Assembly (NCBI RefSeq): GCF_002945325.1 | Contig: NZ_CP026606.1 | Coordinates: forward strand, 810,001-842,000 | Length of the DNA: 32,000 bases | Reading direction: 5' to 3' | Source of the DNA: Methanococcus maripaludis | GTDB taxonomy: Archaea > AGJL01 > Methanococci > Methanococcales > Methanococcaceae | In this document: positions 14,721-24,155 of the stretch, in pieces | Numbering within the stretch: position 1 is the stretch's first letter | Layout: the number at the start of each line of letters is the position of its first letter | Made by a program: the position numbers and the translations under genes | Notes under the pieces: model-generated | What the model was told of the DNA's origin: nothing | The model's database searches: none | The model's input: only the letters and a program-made list of their open reading frames with translations

Positions 14721-15119
14721 GAAAATCCCCCTCGAAATTATTGAAAATTATGATATTACGTTGTAATTCATGATTTAAAAACCATAGTAAGTTGTTTAAA
14801 AAACACCTATTTTTTGGACTTTATTATGGACCATAAAAAAATTATATTTTTAAGCATATATTGGGACAAAAACTCAGTTTAAAAATCAAAGTACAATTAT
14901 GATTATTTTTTGGTTTTTTGGACTGATTTTTAAAGGGTTTTTTATGAAACACACCTGTTTTTCTAACTTTTTTAAAATCTTGAAAAAATTGTAATTTTAA
15001 TAGAATTTTCGGTTATAAAACCCGTTATAAAATCAAAGTAAGAATATTTTTAAATTTTATGGTTTTTCTAACTTCAAAAGGGACCTATTTTTTCAGGATC
15101 TTAAACCAGGAAATTAAAC

Positions 15120-15407
15120 TTATTCAAAACTTTCCAAAATCAAATTTATTAGATATATCTTGTCATGATGATCGAAATCAATAATTATTATAGTATTTCC
15201 GTCTATTTTATAAGTTAAAACAAATGATTTATCGATATGGACTCTTCGAATTCCTTTCATATCGTTTCTAAGTGGTTTATAATGGTTAGGGTTTTCCATT
15301 ATTTCTTTAATCTTTTTATTTATGATTTCAAGCTGTTTTTTATTTTTCTTCTGAAGTTTTTTAAATGCCTTATAAGCGTCTTCTGAAATCTCAATATTAT
15401 AAGTCAT
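15120..15407 (-). CDS. relE: RelE/ParE-superfamily type II toxin (95 aa)
   Basis: ORF track. Size and the pattern ...KQLEIINKKIKEIMENPNHYKPLRNDMKGIRRVHIDKSFVLTYKIDGNTIIIIDFDHHDKIY are typical of RelE-like toxins. 11-nt overlap with the upstream antitoxin gene. Confidence 0.75.
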   Translation of the reverse strand: MTYNIEISEDAYKAFKKLQKKNKKQLEIINKKIKEIMENPNHYKPLRNDMKGIRRVHIDKSFVLTYKIDGNTIIIIDFDHHDKIYLINLILESFE

Positions 15408-15627
15408 TTAATCCAAACTCCTCTGAAAAGTTGTTTACTTTTATAAATTTACCTTTGCAGATTCTTTCAATCTTTTCGATATATTCCTGCCTTAGTTCGG
15501 GCTCTTCTTCAACTATTGAACGCATGAAAAACTCAACCTGTTTACTCATGCTCATTCCACGATCTTTACAGTGTTTTGAAAATTTTGAATATACTTCTTC
15601 ATCAACATTGAATGATTTTACAGCCAT
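15397..15627 (-). CDS. ribbon-helix-helix (CopG/RelB-like) antitoxin (76 aa)
   Basis: ORF track. The N-terminal KSFNVDEEVYSKFSKHCKDRGMSMSKQVEFFMRSIV fits beta-strand + two helices. Overlaps the toxin gene. Confidence 0.65.
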   Translation of the reverse strand: MAVKSFNVDEEVYSKFSKHCKDRGMSMSKQVEFFMRSIVEEEPELRQEYIEKIERICKGKFIKVNNFSEEFGLNDL

Positions 15628-15738
15628 GTTTTCACCTTATTTAATATTATATAATGTTAAATAAGATTATATAATTTTCCGCTAGTTGAGCGAAAAGGGC
15701 CTGATTAAAAAATATGCTACTCCCTGAAACAAATTTAG

Positions 15739-16455
15739 TTATTTCTCTTTTAATTCATAAAATACCTGTTTTCCATCCTTTTTCCTAATGATTGCACTAC
15801 TTTTTTCCAGGCGTTTTAATGTATCATATAATGCTTTTGTACCGCCTTTAAAATTCTTTACAAGGTCTTTTGGTTGTGATCGGCCATTCTTTAAGATAGA
15901 TAATACTTGTTCATTATCTGTTTCTCGTTTAATTGTTTTTTTATACCGTTCTGTATTAATATACTTTTCAATTCCGTTAAATTTACTTTCCATTAATTTA
16001 ATTTTTTCAGAACTCTTTTTATCGTTTTCATTTATTTTGGCATTTATTTTTTCGGTCCAAGTTTTCATAACGTTCCAGTTATTATTTATTTTTTCTAAAT
16101 CATTAATTCTGTTTTCTAATTCCTTAATTTTCAATTCCCTTTCTTCTTTGGTTTTATTTTCCTGTTCGATATATTTCAATATCTTTTCTAATGTTGCATC
16201 ATGTTCCAGGATTTTTTCTGTATTGTTATTTGTATTTTCCAAGTATTCTGGGAGCCCTTCTTCTAGTTCTTTAAAGGTTTTAGAATGCCCTTTTACTTCT
16301 TTACTAATTCCATCAACTTTATTATTAAGTTTGCCTAACTCTAACGTTATTTTATCATTATCTAGTGTATTTTTCCCACTTTCATTATTATTTTCAATTG
16401 TTTTACGTATTTTATCTAAAATAATCCTCACCCTTAAATTAAATTTATTATTCAC
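15739..16455 (-). CDS. coiled-coil protein with C-terminal wHTH-like domain (238 aa)
   Basis: ORF track. Long Asn/Lys/Glu-rich heptad region. C-terminus LSILKNGRSQPKDLVKNFKGGTKALYDTLKRLEKSSAIIRKKDGKQVFYELKEK looks like a MarR/ArsR-type winged helix. The antisense ORF 15788-16462 is low complexity and judged spurious. Confidence 0.55.
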   Translation of the reverse strand: MNNKFNLRVRIILDKIRKTIENNNESGKNTLDNDKITLELGKLNNKVDGISKEVKGHSKTFKELEEGLPEYLENTNNNTEKILEHDATLEKILKYIEQENKTKEERELKIKELENRINDLEKINNNWNVMKTWTEKINAKINENDKKSSEKIKLMESKFNGIEKYINTERYKKTIKRETDNEQVLSILKNGRSQPKDLVKNFKGGTKALYDTLKRLEKSSAIIRKKDGKQVFYELKEK

Positions 16456-17050
16456 TATGTAAAAATAGTTATAATATAATTTTATCTTTAATTACATGGT
16501 ATATTATCTATTAAACCAGATATAAAAGATTAATTTGAATTATAATGTAATTATTAAGAAAATAAGGGATATTGTTGACATTTGGTTAAATTCTCTGTTA
16601 GTTATCCATAATCAAATATGGCCTTGGACCCATATTGCCAAAAACCTAGGGTTTTGATACTGGTTAACAAATAAAATTGAAAAATGAAAATAATTTAAAA
16701 AAGATATATTTTGGTATAATCAATTAATAATTATTTTTTATACCGATAAATTCTTTTTTACTAAGAAAATGGAAAAATAAAAACATATACAAATTATTGC
16801 TCTTTTAAGGCTTTCAATGACAAATCTATAATATAATTGTAAAATAGTGAATTTAGGGTAAAAAAAATAGATTAAAAAACGGGTACCAGTCATAAATTAA
16901 ATTGAAAAATTTTTCAAATTTTTTTGAAAGATCTTCTGGAATCAAGCCATAATTCAGGGATACATTTCTTAAATTTTTTATCCAATAGCCAACAATACTA
17001 TCTTAATTTTAAATGTGATTTAATCGTCTAGCTTAAAATGGGGTTAATAT

Positions 17051-17977
17051 ATGTTTAAAGGGATTAATGGAAACGAATCATGGGATATCATTGAAGAAGT
17101 GAATAAGGGGTGGTCGGAAGATAAAAAATACCATATTATCACGAAGAATAAAGAAAATCTCCTGCTTAGAATATCAGATATTAAATTCTACGAAAGAAAA
17201 CAGAAAGAATACGATATACTACTTGAACTTAGCAAATTAGACTTTGAAATGTCAAAACCAGTTGATTTTGGAATTTGTGAATCTGGGGTATACATGCTGC
17301 TTACTTGGGTTGAAGGCGAAGACTTAGAAACAGCCATTCTAAAAAAGAATACAATGGAACAGTACAACCTTGGAATAAAATCTGGAAAAATACTTAAAAA
17401 AATCCATTCGTTAAATATCTCTTCAAACCTGGATTCATGGGAAAAAAGATTTAATAAAAAGATAGGCATGAAAATTAAAGCATATTTAGAATGCCCATTA
17501 AAATATGAAAATGGGGAGGTATTTATTGAATATATAAATCGCAATAGGCATTTATTAAAGGATATTAGATCAACACTGCAACATGGAGATTACCATGTTG
17601 GAAATATGATTTTGACAAATAACGACGATATTGCAATTATTGACTTCAATCGTTATGATTTTGGAGATCCATATGAAGAATTTAACCGAATTATATGGGA
17701 TGTAGAAGTAAGTAAGCCATTTGCAGTGGGTAAACTAGATGGTTACTTTAATGGAAATATTCCCGAAAAGTTTTTCCAGTTACTTGCCCTCTACATATCC
17801 GTCAATACAATCTCTTCACTGCCTTGGGCAATTCCATTTGGCGAAGAACAGATTAACATCATGACAGAACAGGCTGCAAAAGCGCTTATTGATTATGATT
17901 ATTTCAATACTGCAATTCCAAAATGGTATACTGATTCAAAATGCATGATTATCAAAGAATTCCAGGATAAAAAGTAA
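17051..17977 (+). CDS. APH/choline-kinase-fold phosphotransferase (aminoglycoside/macrolide-phosphotransferase-like), 308 aa
   Basis: ORF track. Brenner motif LQHGDYHVGNMIL (HxDxxxxN) followed by IAIIDFNRYDFGDPYEEF (metal-binding D). Confidence 0.75.
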   Translation: MFKGINGNESWDIIEEVNKGWSEDKKYHIITKNKENLLLRISDIKFYERKQKEYDILLELSKLDFEMSKPVDFGICESGVYMLLTWVEGEDLETAILKKNTMEQYNLGIKSGKILKKIHSLNISSNLDSWEKRFNKKIGMKIKAYLECPLKYENGEVFIEYINRNRHLLKDIRSTLQHGDYHVGNMILTNNDDIAIIDFNRYDFGDPYEEFNRIIWDVEVSKPFAVGKLDGYFNGNIPEKFFQLLALYISVNTISSLPWAIPFGEEQINIMTEQAAKALIDYDYFNTAIPKWYTDSKCMIIKEFQDKK

Positions 17978-17982
17978 TATAA

Positions 17983-18360
17983 TTATATTTTAACTTTCTT
18001 TTTAAGAATAGCTTGTTCGTTCTGAAGCGTTATGTTTAATGTCGATAGCCCACTGTTTAATGCCTCTTCAAGTACTCGATAATCTTTCCACTCATTATGA
18101 GTTCTTTTAAAGCGTTTCAGGTTTTCAAAGAATTCATATTTCAACTCTTCAGATAAGTTTAGCTGTTTTGATATTTTTCCAGCTTGAGTTTTCAAGATCT
18201 GCAACTTCGAACATTTTGCATTATTAAATACTGACTCAGTCTGCAGATATCCACAGCATTTGTTTTCAGTATCAACAAAAACTGGCCTTACCTTTCCAGT
18301 CAAATATTCTTTTTCATAATGGACCACAGCCTTCAAACACTTTGGACATATTCTAATCAT
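17983..18360 (-). CDS. hypothetical protein with N-terminal Cys pairs (possible Zn ribbon), 125 aa
   Basis: ORF track. CPKC...(26 aa)...CC then KC. No family recognised. Confidence 0.45.
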   Translation of the reverse strand: MIRICPKCLKAVVHYEKEYLTGKVRPVFVDTENKCCGYLQTESVFNNAKCSKLQILKTQAGKISKQLNLSEELKYEFFENLKRFKRTHNEWKDYRVLEEALNSGLSTLNITLQNEQAILKKKVKI

Positions 18361-18694
18361 TTAAAACCCCTCACGTAGTTATTGATAGTAATATACTACA
18401 TGAAAGGTTTTTTATTTGAAATATAAATAATTTGTCGGTTAAATCGTGTATAAGTCTGTAAAAACCGTTTTTAAATTCTTAAAAATAGACTTGATATATC
18501 GGACTCAGGATTTTTGAAAATCGATATATCGGACTAGTGAAAAACCATCAAAATCGGTGCCATTGGTAAAAATCCGATATAGTTTGAGGAACTTTTTCGG
18601 GTCCTTTAGATGTAAAATACTGCAAAAAAGCTAAATCTTGTTAAAAACCCACGGTCTTGAAAGAAACCAAAAAAGAGTGCGTTATTTCAAAAAG

Positions 18695-18779
18695 TGGAGG
18701 GAAAGGGATTTGAACCCTCGAACCGCTACCGGATCGGATCTTAAGTCCGACGCCTTTGACCAGGCTTGGCAATCCCTCC
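18695..18779 (-). tRNA. tRNA-Leu (anticodon UAA), 85 nt, long variable arm, no encoded CCA
   Basis: Folded by hand from the reverse complement: GGAGGGA-TT-GCCA AGCCTGGTCAA AGGC-G-TCGGA CT TAA GA TCCGA-TCCGGTAGCGGTTC-GAGGG TTCAAAT CCCTT-TCCCTCC-A. 7-bp acceptor stem, 5-bp anticodon and T stems, TTCAAAT T-loop. Confidence 0.9.
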
Positions 18780-18863
18780 AATGAAGCACATTACTTCGCA
18801 TCTATACCTATACTGATCTAATATATATATTTTTCCTTTTTGAAAAATTTAAAATTAAAAAAT

Positions 18864-19793
18864 TTAGTAGAAATTATTCTCTAAAATTTCGTCGAATTTG
18901 TACTCAAAATCGTTTGAAAGGTACATTCTGAGCTCTTCTGGAGTTATTAACGTGCTTTCGTAATTTTGGTAGTCGTCCATTACAATTCTCGGACATGCGC
19001 AGATAACGTATGCATCGACTTTGTAAAATAAATAGCTTTGAGATACGTTGTTTAAAATTATTGGAATATATTCAATGTTATTCTTCTTTAAAAGTTCAAT
19101 TACGTTTTCAAACGACTTTAATCTGCACTGTCCTTTTTTAGTTGATAAAACCACACCAATTTTTTTAGGAGGATTTAATAATAACTTTGAAACTCGCCCG
19201 ATTCTCAATTTTATCAGTTTTTTTATCTCTTGGTCACTTATTTCAGAAATTTCTCTAGTAATTGGGTTATAAATTCTAACAGTTTTTTTTAGTTTATAAG
19301 CCATCATAAGTGGGTGAAACCTTCCAGTTCCAACAAAAAGGACGTTTTCTGCATTTTCGACCGGAGCCCGGCATCCCAAAATTACGACAGGATTAAACTT
19401 TGAAAGTGCTTTTTTAAACTGAATTGTTGTCGTAACGGTTGAATTTTCCATTTTTTCAAGGATATTTTCAACGTCTTTCAAAAAATACTCGTTTTCTTTA
19501 AAATAAGCGTGAACGAATACCACAGGAATTTCTGAATGAACGTAAGAAAGTTCTTCGTGCCCGTAATGAATAATTAAATCTATTCCTAAAATTTTAACTT
19601 CTTCATCGCACAGATCACACGCTCCAAAACATGTTTCGCCCCATATCATGAGTTCTGAATCTATTTTGGTTTTTAAAAATTCTATTTCCTTTTCAACTGC
19701 CCTTTTAAGTCCTTCTGGTGCTTGGAATAATACTTTTCTCGCATTTTTTGTTTTTATCTCGTTTAAGACTTTATCTGTCTCTAAATCCCACAT
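18864..19793 (-). CDS. dph2: diphthamide biosynthesis protein Dph2 (2-(3-amino-3-carboxypropyl)histidine synthase)
   Basis: ORF track. 309 aa. The N-terminus (...KVLFQAPEGLK...) and overall pattern match archaeal Dph2 as I recall it. Confidence 0.75.
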   Translation of the reverse strand: MWDLETDKVLNEIKTKNARKVLFQAPEGLKRAVEKEIEFLKTKIDSELMIWGETCFGACDLCDEEVKILGIDLIIHYGHEELSYVHSEIPVVFVHAYFKENEYFLKDVENILEKMENSTVTTTIQFKKALSKFNPVVILGCRAPVENAENVLFVGTGRFHPLMMAYKLKKTVRIYNPITREISEISDQEIKKLIKLRIGRVSKLLLNPPKKIGVVLSTKKGQCRLKSFENVIELLKKNNIEYIPIILNNVSQSYLFYKVDAYVICACPRIVMDDYQNYESTLITPEELRMYLSNDFEYKFDEILENNFY

Positions 19794-19882
19794 AATACCA
19801 CTTCGAATATTTATTTAAATAATCACTACATACTAATACAGATGCTTGTATACTATTTAATTAAAGTTATAAAAGTGATATT

Positions 19883-21163
19883 ATGACCCAGATGACTGAC
19901 GCAAAATCCGGAATTACTACCGAAGAGATGAAATTCGTAGCAAAAGAAGAAGGAATGGATGTTGAAACACTCAAAAACCTGATTGCGAAAGGATACGTCG
20001 TAATTCCAAAAAACGTAAACAGAACCACAAAACCAGTTGGAATTGGCGATAATTTAAGAACTAAAGTTAATGTAAATCTTGGAACTTCTCCAGATTTTAT
20101 TGATATCGCTTGCGAACTTAAAAAAGTTGAAATTTCAAATAAATACGGTGCTGATGCGATTATGGATCTAAGTACCGGCGGAAATCTTCCAGAAATTAGA
20201 AAAGAGATTATTAAAAACACGAATCTTCCAATCGGAACCGTTCCAATCTATGAAGTTGGTGTCGATGCAAAAGAAAAGTATGGAAGAGTCATCGATATGG
20301 ACGAGGATTTGATATTTAACGTAATTGAAAGGCAGGCAAAAGAAGGCGTTGACTTCATGACCCTTCACTGCGGAATTACAAAACAAACTGTCAGCGCTTT
20401 AAATAACGATCCAAGGAAAATGGGCGTTGTAAGCAGAGGCGGTGCATTTTTAACCGCGTACATCATGTACCACGATAAGGAAAACCCACTTTACAAAGAA
20501 TTCGATTACTTGCTTGAACTTTTAAAAGAGCATGACGTAACTTTAAGCCTTGGAGATGGAATGAGACCGGGATGCTTACAGGACAATACAGACAGGGCCC
20601 AGATTCAAGAATTAATTACATTGGGAGAATTGGTTGACAAATGCAGAGAAAAAGGAGTTCAGGTAATGGTTGAAGGACCTGGACACGTTCCGTACAACAA
20701 CATTGAAGCAAACATGAAAATTCAAAAAACACTCTGTAAAAATGCGCCATTCTATGTTTTAGGCCCAATCGTAACCGATTTAGCACCAGGATATGACCAC
20801 ATCACAGCAGCAATTGGAGGAACCCTTGCAGCAATAAGTGGGGCAAATTTCTTGTGTTATGTGACTCCCGCTGAACACGTAAGGCTCATGAAAGAAGAAG
20901 ATGTAAAAGAAGGATTAATTGCATCAAAAATTGCCGCACAAGCAGCAGATGTTGCAAAAGGGCATTCAATCGCATGGAAACTTGAAAAAGAAATGGCTGA
21001 TGCAAGAATAAAGCACGACTGGGAAAGGCAGTTTGAAATTGCGCTTGACAGCGATAAACCAAGAAAAATGAGAGAAGAAATTCCTTCAAAAGATGAAAAA
21101 GCTTGCAGTGTCTGTGGAGACTACTGCGCCCTTTTAATGGTCGAAGAACTTGGAAAAAGATAA
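19883..21163 (+). CDS. thiC: phosphomethylpyrimidine synthase ThiC
   Basis: ORF track. 426 aa. IMDLSTGG, TLHCGIT, GDGMRPG, VEGPGHVP and the C-terminal CSVCGDYC cluster motif. Confidence 0.95.
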   Translation: MTQMTDAKSGITTEEMKFVAKEEGMDVETLKNLIAKGYVVIPKNVNRTTKPVGIGDNLRTKVNVNLGTSPDFIDIACELKKVEISNKYGADAIMDLSTGGNLPEIRKEIIKNTNLPIGTVPIYEVGVDAKEKYGRVIDMDEDLIFNVIERQAKEGVDFMTLHCGITKQTVSALNNDPRKMGVVSRGGAFLTAYIMYHDKENPLYKEFDYLLELLKEHDVTLSLGDGMRPGCLQDNTDRAQIQELITLGELVDKCREKGVQVMVEGPGHVPYNNIEANMKIQKTLCKNAPFYVLGPIVTDLAPGYDHITAAIGGTLAAISGANFLCYVTPAEHVRLMKEEDVKEGLIASKIAAQAADVAKGHSIAWKLEKEMADARIKHDWERQFEIALDSDKPRKMREEIPSKDEKACSVCGDYCALLMVEELGKR

Positions 21164-21235
21164 TATAACTGATTTTTTAATTTTTTTATTATATTTTAAC
21201 TTGAAATTTTAAAATTAAAAAAAAAGATGAAAAAA

Positions 21236-21856
21236 TTATTCTTTTACTGCTTTTAAAATCTCTTCAAAGGGGATTTTGCCTTCCCTTATTAATTCTATTT
21301 TTCCATCGATTACTTTTACAATCGTAGACTGCACTTTGTATTTACATGGGCCTGTATCGATTATTAAATCTACTTTTTCTTTTATTATGGAATCAACTTC
21401 CTCAAGCGATGATGGAGCAGTTTTTCCGCTGATATTTGCACTTGTTGTTGTTAATGGAACGACTGCAATCTTTCTTATAACGTCGTTATCAGGAATTCTA
21501 ACTCCTACATCATCTTTTCCTAAAATATCAGGAATAATATCTTTTTTCTTTAAAATAACTGTAATTGGGCCAGGCATGAACTTTTCAATTATTTTTTTTG
21601 CCATTTTGTCAACGTAAACGTAATTTTCGATTTGCTCTTTTTCACCGAGACTTATCGAAATTGGCTTATTTGGATCCCTTTCTTTTATTGAATAGATTTT
21701 TTCAATTGCCTTATTATCTAATGCATTTGTAGAAAGGCCGTAAAGGGTATCAGTCCCGCAAAGAATAATTTTTCCGCCCAATAACATTTTTTTTGCAGTT
21801 TCTATCTCTTTTTCATAATTTTTGAGATTACTTTCTGAAATCTCGAAAGTTTTCAT
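21236..21856 (-). CDS. tsaC: L-threonylcarbamoyladenylate synthase, YrdC/TsaC-type (Sua5 family, YrdC domain only)
   Basis: ORF track. 206 aa. GGKIILCGTDTLYGLSTNALD, ISISL, PGPITVIL, VRIP, TSANISG. Confidence 0.85.
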   Translation of the reverse strand: MKTFEISESNLKNYEKEIETAKKMLLGGKIILCGTDTLYGLSTNALDNKAIEKIYSIKERDPNKPISISLGEKEQIENYVYVDKMAKKIIEKFMPGPITVILKKKDIIPDILGKDDVGVRIPDNDVIRKIAVVPLTTTSANISGKTAPSSLEEVDSIIKEKVDLIIDTGPCKYKVQSTIVKVIDGKIELIREGKIPFEEILKAVKE

Positions 21857-21867
21857 AAATATCCCTT

Positions 21868-22650
21868 TTACATTACCGCGTTTTCGAGTGCAGATTTACA
21901 AAAACACGTTCTTTCCTTAAATTCATAATTAATAAAGTCGTCAACAACGTTTAAAATTTTGTCTTCCATTTCTTTCAGGGTTTCCAAAACTTCATCAACT
22001 GTTAAAACGTTTTTAGAAATACCTGCGGCATAATTTGAAACATTACAGATTGAAGTGTAGCACATTTCCATTTCTCTTGCTAAAACTACTTCTGGATATG
22101 CCGTCATTCCAACAACGTGCCCCCAATTTTTATAAATTTGAATTTCTGTTTTTGTTTCAAATCTAGGACCTTCTGTGCAGACGTAAACTCCTTCTTTGAA
22201 ATTGTAGTTTCTTTTTTTAAGAATTTCTTTTGTAACTTCTTTTAATTCTGGGCAGTAAGGTTCAGTTACATCAACGTGAACAACTTTTCCATCGTCACCA
22301 TCATAAAATGTGCTTTTTCTTGCTTTTGTAAATTCTAAAAAGTCGTTTGGAATTAAAAAGTCTCCAGGAACTACATCTTCACGTAAGGACCCAACCGAAC
22401 TTAATGCCATTATTCTTTCAACGCCAAGCGTCTTTAAAGCGCAAATGTTTGCACGGTAATTTATTTTATGAGGAGGCGTATTGTGTTCAGCCCCGTGTCT
22501 AAATAATAAAACTACATCGCTTTCTTTGTCAATTAAAACTTTAGATTTTCCATATTTTGTATCGATTATTCTTTCTTCGCCCTTGTTTAATATTGAAGAA
22601 ATTCCTGTTCCGCCGATAATTCCAATCAAATAATCACCCGAATGTGCCAA
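21868..22650 (-). CDS. mtnP: S-methyl-5'-thioadenosine phosphorylase (PNP/MTAP family)
   Basis: ORF track. 260 aa. GIIGGTG, FRHG..H..PPHKINYRANI.ALK.LGV, CTEGPRFET, VGMT..PE..LARE. Confidence 0.85.
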   Translation of the reverse strand: MAHSGDYLIGIIGGTGISSILNKGEERIIDTKYGKSKVLIDKESDVVLLFRHGAEHNTPPHKINYRANICALKTLGVERIMALSSVGSLREDVVPGDFLIPNDFLEFTKARKSTFYDGDDGKVVHVDVTEPYCPELKEVTKEILKKRNYNFKEGVYVCTEGPRFETKTEIQIYKNWGHVVGMTAYPEVVLAREMEMCYTSICNVSNYAAGISKNVLTVDEVLETLKEMEDKILNVVDDFINYEFKERTCFCKSALENAVM

Positions 22651-22722
22651 ATATTTATGCGATAAAATAAAATTGTTAGATAATATTTTTGAATAAATAC
22701 TAACGGTTTCAAATTATATATA

Positions 22723-23121
22723 GTGACGGTGACACTCTTGGAAATTTTTGGACAGGTTGTAAGCGGACTTGGAGAAGGTAGGTTTTTTGTTGGATTAACG
22801 CCTTACAAAAATAAATTTAAAGAATTAACTGGATTTACGCCATATGAAGGAACATTGAACGTAAAATTAAAGCATAATTTCAATTTAGATGAATTTAATC
22901 TTATAGAATTCGACGGATTTGAAATTGATGGGAAAAAATACTTTGGAGGAAAGGTAATTTTAATAAAACTATTCAATAAACACGAAAATTTTGTAAATTG
23001 CGCGATTGTTGCTCCAAAAAAGACCGATCATTCTAAAAAAACTTTAGAAATTATTGCACCCATTCAACTTCGAAAATTTTTATTATTGAAAAATTCAGAT
23101 GTTGTAAAAATCGTAATTTAA
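22723..23121 (+). CDS. ribK: archaeal CTP-dependent riboflavin kinase (MJ0056 family)
   Basis: ORF track. [14 protein letters not shown]...[10 protein letters not shown]...[19 protein letters not shown] closely parallels M. jannaschii RibK as I recall it. Start is ambiguous (GTG 22723 or TTG 22738). Confidence 0.85.
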   Translation: MTVTLLEIFGQVVSGLGEGRFFVGLTPYKNKFKELTGFTPYEGTLNVKLKHNFNLDEFNLIEFDGFEIDGKKYFGGKVILIKLFNKHENFVNCAIVAPKKTDHSKKTLEIIAPIQLRKFLLLKNSDVVKIVI

Positions 23122-23241
23122 AATAATTAAGTTAATTTTGCTCTTTTTTTATTTTTATTTTTAAATCCTAAATCCGTATCCTAACAGATATATAGTCTTA
23201 AAAACAGACTGGTAAAAACTTAAAAATAATAGAGTGATAAT

Positions 23242-23985
23242 GTGACTACAGATTCAAAAAATGCGAGAAACTCAGAAGTAAAAATACAGGGAGATGAAAA
23301 AATCAGCAACGTTGAAAAAGCAATTGATGCTCTAAAAAGCGGAAAAATGGTATTACTTTACGATAGCGACGATAGAGAAGGAGAAACAGACATGGTCGTT
23401 GCATCTGAATTCATTACTCCAGAATACATCAGAGAAATGAGGAAAAATGCAGGAGGATTAATCTGCACTTGCCTTCACCCTGATTTCTGTGATAAATTGG
23501 GTATTCCATTTATGGTTGACATTTTAGATGTTGCAGCTGAAAAATACCCTGTTTTAAAAGAATTATATCCAAACGATATTCCCTACGACGAAAAATCAAC
23601 ATTTGCACTTTATGCAAACCACAGAACAACATTTACAGGAATTACAGATAACGATAGGGCATTAACTGTTAAAAAAATAACAGAACTCTGCAGCGAAGAA
23701 AGATTTAAAGACTTTGGAAAAGAATTCAGATGCCCTGGACACGTTGCATTTTTAAGGGCTACAAAAGGACTCGTTAAAAATAGACAAGGCCACACCGAAA
23801 TGACCGTTGCACTTGCAGAAATGGCTGGACTCACCCCTATTACGACCATTTGTGAAATGATGGGCGATAATGGAAAAGCAATGTCAAAAGACCTTGTTAA
23901 AAAGTACGCTGAAGAAAACGACCTTGTTAGAATCAATGGCCAAGAATTAATCGAATACTATCTCAATAAATCCTCAAAAGAATAA
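23242..23985 (+). CDS. ribB: 3,4-dihydroxy-2-butanone 4-phosphate synthase
   Basis: ORF track. 247 aa, GTG start. [32 protein letters not shown]. Confidence 0.9.
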   Translation: MTTDSKNARNSEVKIQGDEKISNVEKAIDALKSGKMVLLYDSDDREGETDMVVASEFITPEYIREMRKNAGGLICTCLHPDFCDKLGIPFMVDILDVAAEKYPVLKELYPNDIPYDEKSTFALYANHRTTFTGITDNDRALTVKKITELCSEERFKDFGKEFRCPGHVAFLRATKGLVKNRQGHTEMTVALAEMAGLTPITTICEMMGDNGKAMSKDLVKKYAEENDLVRINGQELIEYYLNKSSKE

Positions 23986-24155
23986 TTTATTTTTTGAATT
24001 CACTCGAATTTATCTTCTTTTTTAAAAATTTATCCATTAATTGCTTTTTTTCGCCGATTTTCTTTAATATACTTAGCGTATTTATTAATTCAAGGATATA
24101 GATAAATACCCCTAAAAATAAATTTAATACTGTTAACTAAAACCAGAGGGGGAAT

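Noticed and set aside
14800-15100. Possible degenerate CRISPR array. GGACTGATTTTTAAAG faintly resembles the ...GGTCTGATTTTAAT end of Methanococcales CRISPR repeats.
   Set aside because: There is no regular repeat-spacer periodicity, only one convincing copy of the motif, and no cas genes in the window.
16901-16916. Perfect 16-bp palindrome TTGAAAAATTTTTCAA, and AATATGG-N8-CCATATT (16616-16637), in the 595-bp gap before the APH-like gene
   Set aside because: The first is composed almost entirely of A/T in about 25% GC DNA, so it is easily produced by chance. Neither has repetition or a positional argument.
1-18694. Searched by eye for a direct repeat of the tRNA-Leu 3' segment (GGGATTTGAACCC / GGGTTCAAATCCC) that would mark the second att site
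   Set aside because: None was found in the window. Only an 8-nt chance match occurs near 3281. The island boundary on the left therefore remains undefined, and the integrated-element call stays an inference.
19794-19882. TPP riboswitch upstream of thiC
   Set aside because: The gap is only 89 nt and AT-rich, with no CUGAGA/ACCUGAU-type conserved elements. It looks like a plain promoter plus RBS.
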